In this document: positions 16,705 to 24,463 of the stretch, piece after piece | How the letters are laid out: each line of letters begins with the position of its first letter | Numbering within the stretch: the stretch's first letter is position 1 | NCBI GenBank assembly: GCA_000025185.1 | Contig: CP001848.1 | Location: forward strand, 240,001-272,000 | Source of the DNA: Pirellula staleyi DSM 6068 | GTDB lineage: Bacteria > Planctomycetota > Planctomycetia > Pirellulales > Pirellulaceae | Length of the DNA: 32,000 bases | Reading direction: 5' to 3' | Position numbers and translations under genes: made by a program | Notes under the pieces: model-generated | Database searches by the model: none | What the model saw: only the letters and a program-made list of their open reading frames with translations | Told to the model about the DNA's origin: nothing

Positions 16705-18210
16705 TTAGATGCCGTAGAGCGGCGCGAGCTTATCGCGCAAGCTCCGAACGAGCGACTCGTGCGAGAGTGGCTTCCCGGTCACGAGTTGCACCAGCTGCGA
16801 GGCGGTGTAGTTACGACCACGCGTATGGATGTTGTCGCGGAGCCATTCCAGAAGCGGACGGAACTCGCCACGAGCAAACTGCGCATCGAGATCTCCCAGC
16901 ACGCGTCGCGCTTGATCGAAGAACTGCGCGGCGTAGAGATTGCCGAGCGAATAGGTGGGGAAGTAGCCGATCAAACCGGCCGACCAGTGAATGTCTTGCA
17001 AGCAGCCTTCGGCGTCGGTGCTCGGTTCGATGCCAAGATATTGCTTGTACTTCTCGCGCCAAGCGCCGGGGACATCCGCCGTCTTGAGGTCGCCACTCAG
17101 CAGCGCCTGCTCGAGCTCAAATCGGACGATGATATGCAGGTTGTACGTCGCTTCGTCTGCCTCTACGCGAATGAGCGACGGCTCCACGTGATTGACAGCG
17201 GCGTAGAACTGATCGGCTGAAACGTCCGACAGAGCGACCGGGAAGGTCGCCTTGGCTTGCGGAAAAAAGTGGGACCAGAACGAGCGACTCCGTCCTACGA
17301 GATTTTCCCACATGCGCGACTGCGACTCGTGAATCCCAAGCGACAAATAAGTTCCGGGGGGGAGCCCATACTGATCGCTCCGCAGCCCTTGGTCGTACAT
17401 GCCATGCCCCGCTTCATGCAGAATGCCGAAGAAGGCGCAGTTGAAGAACTTCTCTTGATAGCGGGTGGTGATGCGGCAGTCGCTCGGACCGACGCTCGAG
17501 CAAAAAGGATGATGCGTCACATCGAGCCGCCCGCGCTGAAAATCAAAGCCGATCGCAGCGGCAGCGGCTCGTCCAAACGCCTCTTGGGCGGCTGTAGGAA
17601 ACTCGCGCGCGAGGATATCTACCTGGGGCTTTTTGCCCGACTGCAGAATCGCCTGCACAAGCGGAACCAGTTCGGTCCGGAGTTCGGCCAGCACGAGCGC
17701 CACCTCGGTGCTTTTGGCATCGGGCTCGTAGTCATCGAGGAGCGCGTCGTAGGGATGGGCGACATAGCCAACCGCCTCGGCCTGCTCGCGCTTGAGTCCA
17801 AAAATCTTCTCCAAATGAGGCTGAAACTGCGAAAAATCGTTCGCTGCCCGAGCCTTTACCCACGCTTGCTGGCCAATCACCGTGGCATGCGTGAGTGCCT
17901 CGACCAGCTTCTGCGGCAGCTTCGATTGTTTGTCGAAGTCGCGCTTCATTTGATGAATGGTCGCCGCAAAATCGCTATGAGGATCTTCCTTCGCTGCATC
18001 GGCAGCCAGCGACGCGAGGAGTTCTCCGACGCGCGGGCTTGTTCGTTTCTGATGAGCGAGTCCCGAGAGATAGGTCATCTGCTCGGCACGAAACTCACCC
18101 GCTGCGGGTGGCATGTAGGTTTGTTCGTCCCAGCCCAAGAGAGATTCGACCGACTGGACCAAAGAGATTTCGCGCGCGAGCGACTTGAGTTCATCTAGCG
18201 GTGAGGTCAT
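16705..18210 (-). CDS. Carboxypeptidase, metallopeptidase family M32 (Taq-like)
   Basis: All M32 signature blocks are present: HEAGHGMY (HExxH), DCRITTRY (DxRxT), GIHESQSRMWEN (HESQ), LIRVEADE (IRxxAD) and GCLQDIHWS (GxxQDxHW). ATG 18210 (MTSPLDELK...) is preferred over the track TTG at 18228. Confidence 0.9.
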   Translation of the reverse strand: MTSPLDELKSLAREISLVQSVESLLGWDEQTYMPPAAGEFRAEQMTYLSGLAHQKRTSPRVGELLASLAADAAKEDPHSDFAATIHQMKRDFDKQSKLPQKLVEALTHATVIGQQAWVKARAANDFSQFQPHLEKIFGLKREQAEAVGYVAHPYDALLDDYEPDAKSTEVALVLAELRTELVPLVQAILQSGKKPQVDILAREFPTAAQEAFGRAAAAAIGFDFQRGRLDVTHHPFCSSVGPSDCRITTRYQEKFFNCAFFGILHEAGHGMYDQGLRSDQYGLPPGTYLSLGIHESQSRMWENLVGRSRSFWSHFFPQAKATFPVALSDVSADQFYAAVNHVEPSLIRVEADEATYNLHIIVRFELEQALLSGDLKTADVPGAWREKYKQYLGIEPSTDAEGCLQDIHWSAGLIGYFPTYSLGNLYAAQFFDQARRVLGDLDAQFARGEFRPLLEWLRDNIHTRGRNYTASQLVQLVTGKPLSHESLVRSLRDKLAPLYGI

Positions 18211-18431
18211 CGAGTTATCCAGAGGCAAGGGACAAGAATCGGGCCGACCATTGCGGCACGCGGTGCAGATCGTGGCTCGTTATTCTAGCGCGCAGCGCCG
18301 ACGGGAATAAGCGGGGGCGACTCTCGCGCGGGTGATCGGTGCGAGTTTCGTCGCGAAGTTTTGCAGCCGTAGCGAAGAATGTTATGTGCAGCTGTAGACG
18401 CTGCGGCTGTCACAAGCGGAGTGCCGCGCAA

Positions 18432-18698
18432 CTAGAAGCCGCCGAGATTCTGCTCGATCTGTTCGCTGCGACGATCGGTGAAGAAGCCGCTCGGCTTGGC
18501 ATCGGGGCTGGCGGGACCGCTGCTACGGACCCCTTCGCTCATGCCGCCACTCCAACCTTTAAAACCGGGGCCTTTGAGCTGCTCCCAGGTTCCCTGACAG
18601 CCGGTGGAAGTGAGCGCCACGCTCCCGATCACCAGCGCGATGGCAGCGACGATTTTGCGTGCACTCGTGGCTACAGGTGGTCGCTTGAGCCCTGTCAT
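18432..18698 (-). CDS. Small Gly-rich hypothetical lipoprotein (about 88 aa)
   Basis: Lipobox IVAAIALVIGSVALTSTGC|QG. Codons are GC3-rich like those of neighbouring genes. The start is uncertain (18698, 18719 or 18788). The overlapping + strand ORF 18339-18746 lacks any such features. Confidence 0.55.
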   Translation of the reverse strand: MTGLKRPPVATSARKIVAAIALVIGSVALTSTGCQGTWEQLKGPGFKGWSGGMSEGVRSSGPASPDAKPSGFFTDRRSEQIEQNLGGF

Positions 18699-19005
18699 CC
18701 GGCCGCGCTGCGACACCATCTGCCACAAGCGAGCCTTGCGCGCTAGGGCAAAGAAACTGGTGAGACGTGCTTTGGATTTTGCAGCCACGGGGAGTATCCA
18801 CGAGAGTCGCGAGCCGAACGAAACGGGATGCTTCTATCGCAAAAACGAGCCAATCGTTCCAGATCGTTTTTGGTGGAGCGATAACCGCTTGCTAGCAACG
18901 CTGGCTTCCAATCAGCAGACTTAAGGGGTGCTGATCGTAGCCACCTTCGGCTCCTGATCGAAGGGAAACTGATGACGAATGGCTGTCGCCTCACCCTTGT
19001 GTGGA

Positions 19006-19572
19006 TTAATGCACGACGATGGTCGCCTCGGGAAATTCTGCGAACAGCTCGGCATACTCCGGCACGGTGAAAAGCAGCTGGCGTAGCGCGCGCTGATTAC
19101 TCGAGTTCAGTAGCGATTCTGCATGCTCGGCGCAGAGTAGCACGGGGAGTGTGACCGATCGTTCGTGACCGAATTCGCGATCCTCTTGCTCGGCTGGCAG
19201 TTTTCGCAAAAAGTCAAATAGCATCGGTATGACCGCGGTAAGAAAAGCACTCAGGAATCCGATGGCATAATTGTTGGAGCGAGCCTCTTTCACCCACGGC
19301 CGTTCGCACTGAATGAGCAGTTCGCTCACTTGGTCGACTCGCCGATCGCACTTCAGGCAAAACGTTCCGCGCGGCAACTCCCCCTGCTGCTTCAAACGAT
19401 TGATCTTATCGATCGCATTGGTTTCAAAACCTCCTTGGCCTGACAGGGCTCGCAACTGGCTGAGGCGAGGAACCTGCAGCTGTTTGCCACAACGGCACGA
19501 CACTCGGTCCCCTGCTTGCTGGGGCCCCACTTCGAGCGTTAATCCACAGGCGCACGCAAGCTGGTAAGTCAT
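19006..19572 (-). CDS. Zinc-ribbon-containing membrane protein, hypothetical
   Basis: Start placed at ATG 19572. The N-terminal ribbon is CACG-x17-CRCG (MTYQLACACGLTLEVGPQQAGDRVSCRCGKQLQVP). A second CLKC pair follows, and there is one TM segment (AIGFLSAFLTAVIPMLFDFL). Confidence 0.6.
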   Translation of the reverse strand: MTYQLACACGLTLEVGPQQAGDRVSCRCGKQLQVPRLSQLRALSGQGGFETNAIDKINRLKQQGELPRGTFCLKCDRRVDQVSELLIQCERPWVKEARSNNYAIGFLSAFLTAVIPMLFDFLRKLPAEQEDREFGHERSVTLPVLLCAEHAESLLNSSNQRALRQLLFTVPEYAELFAEFPEATIVVH

Positions 19573-19889
19573 AGGTAGATCGAGGGGCAAGCAGGAAAGT
19601 TGGATCCGCGCGAACAATCGCTCTAAGATCGTTACGACCAGCATAAACATCATCACTCGCATGGACTAGCATTACAGTTGCCAGTTTGAGGCGATGATAC
19701 TTCGAGAGGGATCAACTTCGATGGCGATGAATGAGGATGAAGTCGTCTTGCGTTTCCGCAGGATACTTTCTTGAAGAATCGAGCACGGTTGGTAGCGGTT
19801 GTTTTAGCTCAGGTTGCTAGTAACTAGAAATAGATGCCTCACGCACGCCGCATCTTCCGTGCGATATGCCCTAGCGATGCCCCACGCTT

Positions 19890-21278
19890 ATGTTTCCACT
19901 TCCACTCGCTGCGATTGAGGAGTACTTCCTCCACGAAGATCGACCGGCCTATCCGTGTTTGATTTTCTGGCGATTGGCATTCGAGGGAACGCTTCGGCCG
20001 GAGTGGCTGGAAGAGGCGCTCGAAGTGGCGCGGTCGAGGCATCCGCTCCTCTCGAGCCGTGTGAAAAAAGAGCGCGGCGTTTGGAGATGGGAACCGGCCA
20101 CCGATCCAATTCCCATTCAGTGGCACGAACGCTCGCCCATCGAGATGTGGGAGCAAGGAGAATGGCCCACTGCGCGGCATCAGCCGCTGCAAGAGGAAGT
20201 GGGACTGAGGCTGATCGTGACAATGGATCATCACGCAGCCGATGTGGTGCTTGTGATGCACCACAGCACTTGCGATGGTCTGGGGGGAGCAAGCTTTCTG
20301 CAGGATCTGTTCCTGGCCTATCAGGCTCTCTCGGAAAAACGAGATCCGCGCGAGAAGTTGCCGGCGATCTGCGACGAGAAGCTCGCGCTGCGAGGCAGTT
20401 TTGGACTCACGCGCCAGCAAATGCGCGGCATGATTCCCGAGCAACTGACGGCGTGGCGCGGGATTTTGCAATTTCTGATGCGAAAACCACAGCCGATTTT
20501 GCCTCATACGCCGCGCAAAAGTGCCGCTCCGTTGCCAGAGATCTATCCCGCCATCGTCACGCGCCGCGTGAGCGCGCAGCAGGCCGATTTGCTCAGCAGC
20601 GCAGCGAAAGCCGAGCGGACCACCAGCAACACGATGCTGATTCGTGATTACTTCTGGGGAATCGAGAACTTCCGGCAGTCGCAAGGGGTTAATCGACCGC
20701 AGGACTGGATTCGGCTGATGGTGCCGATCAGCTTGCGCTCGAAAGTGCTCGATGGAATTTCAGCTGCCAACGTGGTGAGCGTGGTGTTTCTCGATCGCCG
20801 AGAAATTGCGTCCCTTACACGCTCGCAACTGGCGAAAACCGTGCACGACGAAATGAAGCTGATCATGGACTATCAGCTCGGCTATACCTTCATCATCAGT
20901 CTTGTCGCGCGGCGCTATTTGCCCGGCGGTCTGCAAGGTGCAGCTGCCGGCGAGCCCTGCGTTCTCTCGAGCATCCTCACGAATCTGGGGCGTGCACTGG
21001 GGAAGATGCCGCTACCGGTCGTCAACGGACATTTGCAGATTGGCAACCTCACGCTGCGAAGCGCCGAGGCAATTGCTCCGCTACGCCCCGGCTGTGTCGC
21101 CGCCACCTCGCTGATGTTTTACGGCGATGGCTTTACGATCAGCTCGCAGTACGATCCAGAAATTCTCACGCGCGAAAAAGCCAATCTGTTTATTGATGGT
21201 TTTGTGAGCCAAATCGAGCAAACCATCAGCGAGCAACCCGCCCAAAAATCGCCGCGTACAAGTTCCAGTACGTCTTAA
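19890..21278 (+). CDS. Stand-alone condensation-domain-like acyltransferase (HHxxxDG superfamily: NRPS C-domain / PapA5 / WS-DGAT-like)
   Basis: ATG 19890 follows an in-frame TAG at 19872. The N-terminus is C-domain-like (PLAAIEEYFLHEDRPAYPCLIFWRLAFEGTLRPEWLEEALEVARSRHPLLSSRV). The catalytic motif HHSTCDG lies at 20259-20279. The 462-aa length fits a single two-lobed C-type domain. Confidence 0.75.
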   Translation: MFPLPLAAIEEYFLHEDRPAYPCLIFWRLAFEGTLRPEWLEEALEVARSRHPLLSSRVKKERGVWRWEPATDPIPIQWHERSPIEMWEQGEWPTARHQPLQEEVGLRLIVTMDHHAADVVLVMHHSTCDGLGGASFLQDLFLAYQALSEKRDPREKLPAICDEKLALRGSFGLTRQQMRGMIPEQLTAWRGILQFLMRKPQPILPHTPRKSAAPLPEIYPAIVTRRVSAQQADLLSSAAKAERTTSNTMLIRDYFWGIENFRQSQGVNRPQDWIRLMVPISLRSKVLDGISAANVVSVVFLDRREIASLTRSQLAKTVHDEMKLIMDYQLGYTFIISLVARRYLPGGLQGAAAGEPCVLSSILTNLGRALGKMPLPVVNGHLQIGNLTLRSAEAIAPLRPGCVAATSLMFYGDGFTISSQYDPEILTREKANLFIDGFVSQIEQTISEQPAQKSPRTSSSTS

Positions 21279-21370
21279 AACGCAAACCATCAGATGCCAT
21301 GGGAAGATCTCACAAGTGAGTGGCATCTTAAGTTAGTCGCGTCTACGCTTTGAACGAGAACCGCTGCTGG

Positions 21371-22198
21371 CTACTCGTCGGCTAAGTCATCTAGCACCTG
21401 ACATAGGTTCTCGATCGACTGACGCGCGAGATGCTCGACCCCTGGTGTGTAGTCGAAGACCTCGACACTCACCCAGCCACGATAGTCGATTTCCTGCAGC
21501 GTGCTGAGGATCGGATGGAAGTCGACTTCCCCCATACCGGGACCCTGGCGATTAGGGTCGTTCGCGTGGAAGTGATGCAGCAGCGACCTGTGGGTGCGAA
21601 GCAGATCGGGAATCGGAATGGTTTCGGTCGACATCGCTTTGACATCGAGATGCAGTCGCACATTCGCCGAGCCGATGCGCTCGATCAAATCGGCTCCCGA
21701 TGCAGCGGTGTTTAAGAAGTCACCCTCTTGAGGTCCTAGCGGCTCGACGGCGATGGTCACCCCGCATTCTTCGAGTGTCGGCAGGGCCCGGGTGATGCAG
21801 TCGGCTGCCAGATCGAGTGCTTGTTCGTGCGTCACGCCGGGAAGCAGATTGCGCTGCAGCGGCGAGCCTAGCACCATCAAATTGCCCCCCAAGTCGCGAC
21901 ACAAGTGGGCCAAATCGGCCAGATAGTCCCCTGTCCGGTGGCGGACCTCTTTATCCGGCGTCGTGAGATAAAAACCGCTCGTTTTTGCTAGCAGCCAGTG
22001 CAGACCAATGATCTCAAGATCTGCCTTTTCCGCGAGTTGCCTCAGTTCTGCCCGTTGAGCCGCTGTCACCTCAGTCGCGAGGCCCGCCAGGGTGAACGGA
22101 GCGACCTCCATACCGGTGTAACCCAGTTCGCGAGCAAAATGAAACGCCTTCTCGTGCGGCCAGTCCTGAAAAGTCTCGTTGCAGATCGCAAATTTCAT
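21371..22198 (-). CDS. Sugar phosphate isomerase/epimerase (xylose-isomerase-like TIM barrel)
   Basis: Start placed at ATG 22198 (MKFAICNETFQDWPHEKAFHFARELGYTGMEVAPF...). The 74-codon upstream extension in the track ORF has no family-like sequence. The family pattern is typical: ...IAVEPL...LHLDVKAM...HFHANDPN... Confidence 0.85.
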   Translation of the reverse strand: MKFAICNETFQDWPHEKAFHFARELGYTGMEVAPFTLAGLATEVTAAQRAELRQLAEKADLEIIGLHWLLAKTSGFYLTTPDKEVRHRTGDYLADLAHLCRDLGGNLMVLGSPLQRNLLPGVTHEQALDLAADCITRALPTLEECGVTIAVEPLGPQEGDFLNTAASGADLIERIGSANVRLHLDVKAMSTETIPIPDLLRTHRSLLHHFHANDPNRQGPGMGEVDFHPILSTLQEIDYRGWVSVEVFDYTPGVEHLARQSIENLCQVLDDLADE

Positions 22199-22510
22199 GG
22201 CCGAAGTCTCTCGTAGCTGGCAAAACGGTCGAGTTTCCAAGTTTTTGAACAATACCCGAGCGAGCGGCGGTTCTCTATAGGTTGCCAGTGGCTGACTCTT
22301 AGTGCGGGGCTGGAAGTCGAGCAAGCCAGAGGCTTTAGCAGCGATGGTCACGCGTTTCGGGAAATGAGTTTCCTTGACGCCGGGGCGAGCGGTGGTCGAT
22401 ATCACCTTGGGGGAACGCATCGAAAGATTGACATTGGTTTTTCGTTCCCCTTATACTAAGTGAGCTTGGTTCTCTCGCCTCAGCCTATCCCACCCACTGG
22501 AGTAAACCCG

Positions 22511-23980
22511 ATGCTTTGCATTCCCGGCCAGCCCGGCAAAGACCTTTGCGACCGACATCTGGGGGTTACTCGCCGCGATTTGCTGCGTGTGGGTGGTTCA
22601 GCAATCATGGGGATGACGCTCGGCCAAATGATGTCGCTGCAAAGCGCGTCGGCCAGCACCACCTCAAGTGGCGGCCCAGGCTGGGGCAAAGCCAAGAGCG
22701 TGATCATGGTCTACCTGCAAGGTGGCCCAAGTCACCTGGATCTTTGGGACCCGAAGACCAACGTTCCCGACAACGTGAAGAGCGCGTTTGCGATGACCGG
22801 GAGCAAGGTTCCTGGGATGGAACTGACCGAACTTCTGCCGAAGTTTGGCCAAGTGACCGACAAACTTTCGCTCATTCGCTCGATGAGCTATTCGCCGGTG
22901 GGATTGTTCAACCACACCGCTGCGATCTACCAGCTGCACACTGGCTACACAGCCGACAAAGTGAGCCCTTCCGGCCAGTTGGAACCCCCGACTCCGAAAG
23001 ACTATCCGACGTTTGGCTCGAACATCGTTCGTCTGAAGCCGCCAGAAGTCGACATGCTTCCGTTCGTGATGATGCCCCGCCCGCTGCAAGAGAGCAACGT
23101 GGTGAATAAGTCGGGAACAGCCGGCTTTTTGGGCCGCGCGTTTGACCCCTACTATCTGTTTCCGCAAGGCGATGACATGGATATGGCCAAAATGGACCGT
23201 ATCCGTGTCGACGATTTGACCCTTCGTCCCGAAGTGAGCGAATCACGTCTGGGACGCCGGGCCAAACTCCGCGACATGATCAATAACGGCATGCCCGAGA
23301 TGGACAAAGCCGTCGCAAAGTATGACCTGGACAAGTATTACGACTCGGCACTCAGCCTGATCATGTCGGGTCGTGCCCGCGAGGCATTCTCGCTCGACAA
23401 AGAGTCGACCGCGATGCGCGAGTTGTACGGGCGGAACACCTTCGGCCAAAGCTGCCTCCTAGCGCGTCGCCTTGTGGAAGCCGGAACCCGTGTGGTGGAA
23501 GTGATTTGGCCCAAGGTGGCCAACAGCGACAACCACTCGTGGGACGTGCACACTGGCCTGACCAAGCGGATGAAGGACCAAGCTGCTCCGATGCTCGATT
23601 CGGGCCTTTCGGCTTTGATCTCCGATCTCGATGATCGCGGGCTCTTGGACGAGACGCTCGTGGTGGCTCTGGGTGAGTTCGGCCGCAGCCCTCAGCGTGG
23701 CGTAAGTACCTCTGGCAACGGCAATAGCGACGACGGCCGTGATCACTGGCCTTACTGCTACACCGCTGTCGTAGCGGGTGCTGGAGTGAAGAAGGGCTTT
23801 GTGCTCGGCAAGAGCGATCAAACCGGCAGTGCCCCGCTCGATAACCCGGTGCACCCCATCGAACTGCTGGCAACGATCTACCACGCCGTGGGGATCAACC
23901 CGCAGACGATTGTTTATAACCACCTCAATCAGCCACGCGAACTCGTGAAGGCCGATCCAGTGACCAAGTTGTTTGCCTAA
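22511..23980 (+). CDS. DUF1501 domain protein, Tat-exported (second copy, no adjacent DUF1549/DUF1553 partner)
   Basis: ATG 22511 has GGAG 9 nt upstream; the track GTG is at 22460. Twin-arginine leader [19 protein letters not shown]. Family motifs: [46 protein letters not shown]. Confidence 0.9.
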   Translation: MLCIPGQPGKDLCDRHLGVTRRDLLRVGGSAIMGMTLGQMMSLQSASASTTSSGGPGWGKAKSVIMVYLQGGPSHLDLWDPKTNVPDNVKSAFAMTGSKVPGMELTELLPKFGQVTDKLSLIRSMSYSPVGLFNHTAAIYQLHTGYTADKVSPSGQLEPPTPKDYPTFGSNIVRLKPPEVDMLPFVMMPRPLQESNVVNKSGTAGFLGRAFDPYYLFPQGDDMDMAKMDRIRVDDLTLRPEVSESRLGRRAKLRDMINNGMPEMDKAVAKYDLDKYYDSALSLIMSGRAREAFSLDKESTAMRELYGRNTFGQSCLLARRLVEAGTRVVEVIWPKVANSDNHSWDVHTGLTKRMKDQAAPMLDSGLSALISDLDDRGLLDETLVVALGEFGRSPQRGVSTSGNGNSDDGRDHWPYCYTAVVAGAGVKKGFVLGKSDQTGSAPLDNPVHPIELLATIYHAVGINPQTIVYNHLNQPRELVKADPVTKLFA

Positions 23981-24011
23981 AGCAACTTACGACATTCAGT
24001 TCAACACCGAG

Positions 24012-24048
24012 CCACGCCCGAAGGCCCCCGCTTTCTGGCGTGGTTTTT
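24012..24048 (+). terminator. Rho-independent terminator of the second DUF1501 gene
   Basis: ccacgcc (24012-24018) pairs with ggcgtgg (24037-24043). The stem can extend imperfectly inward (cgaaggc/gctttctg). TTTTT (24044-24048) then CGTTTC follow. It starts 31 nt after the stop. Confidence 0.6.
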
Positions 24049-24340
24049 CGTTTCTTGATCCACGCTGGATGCACCGGCTCAGTTGCTTCGCGAAGGCTCG
24101 GCCGAGATCCTTCGGTTCGAAAAATCGCCAGAAAAGATTTGAAAACAAGTTCCCCTCGATCGGCAAAGTGGATTACCTCTCCAACATGCCGGAATTTGCG
24201 AGCTAGCACGTAGCGCGACTTCGAGGTACTCGGACTGCGTGAATCTAGGGAACTTTGCTGTAAGTAATGATCTGGCAGAGGCTTTGTGAGGTTTTCGCGA
24301 ACTGCAGATTCAGTTTTGCTAATAGTAGGTCGAGATAATT

Positions 24341-24450
24341 TTCAAAAACAGGTAATTGACCCGAACCTTTTGCGGTCTTATCCTGACCTGACTATCGCTA
24401 ATACTTCCTCCTCGCACTATCAGTTTTCCAGAAACTGACCTGTTTTTGAA
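24341..24450. repeat. 13-bp perfect inverted repeat bracketing the LysR-gene promoter region
   Basis: ttcaaaaacaggt (24341-24353) and its exact reverse complement acctgtttttgaa (24438-24450) are 84 bp apart. A smaller palindrome, cagttt-tccag-aaactg (24421-24437), abuts the right arm. Confidence 0.8.
24356..24384 (+). promoter_or_regulatory. Sigma-70-like promoter candidate for the LysR-family gene
   Basis: TTGACC (24356-24361), a 17-nt spacer, then TATCCT (24379-24384). It lies about 80 nt upstream of ATG 24464. Confidence 0.3.
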
Positions 24451-24463
24451 GAAACTCTCCACC

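Noticed and set aside
16603-18198. + strand ORFs 16603-17220 (205 aa) and 17257-18198 (313 aa) opposite the M32 carboxypeptidase.
   Set aside because: The minus frame contains all five M32 signature blocks. The + strand ORFs are antisense artefacts.
19839-20684. A 281-aa minus-strand ORF and a 230-aa alternative + frame ORF (19955-20647) overlapping the acyltransferase gene.
   Set aside because: Only the 19890-21278 frame carries the HHxxxDG motif and C-domain-like sequence. The others are Arg/Ala-rich with no signal.
21292-21328. An 8-bp hairpin (agatgcca ... tggcatct, 21-nt loop) between the convergent acyltransferase and isomerase genes.
   Set aside because: The loop is large and there is no U-tract on either strand. 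That is not enough to call a terminator.
22199-22420. A 74-codon N-terminal extension of the sugar-phosphate isomerase ORF.
   Set aside because: The family-typical N-terminus MKFAICNETF starts at ATG 22198. The upstream part is basic, low-complexity sequence that would run into the divergent promoter region.
23973-24206. A 77-aa basic ORF (TTG start) overlapping the end of the DUF1501 gene and running through its terminator.
   Set aside because: It has a non-ATG start and no SD. It spans a predicted terminator hairpin and has no recognisable motifs.
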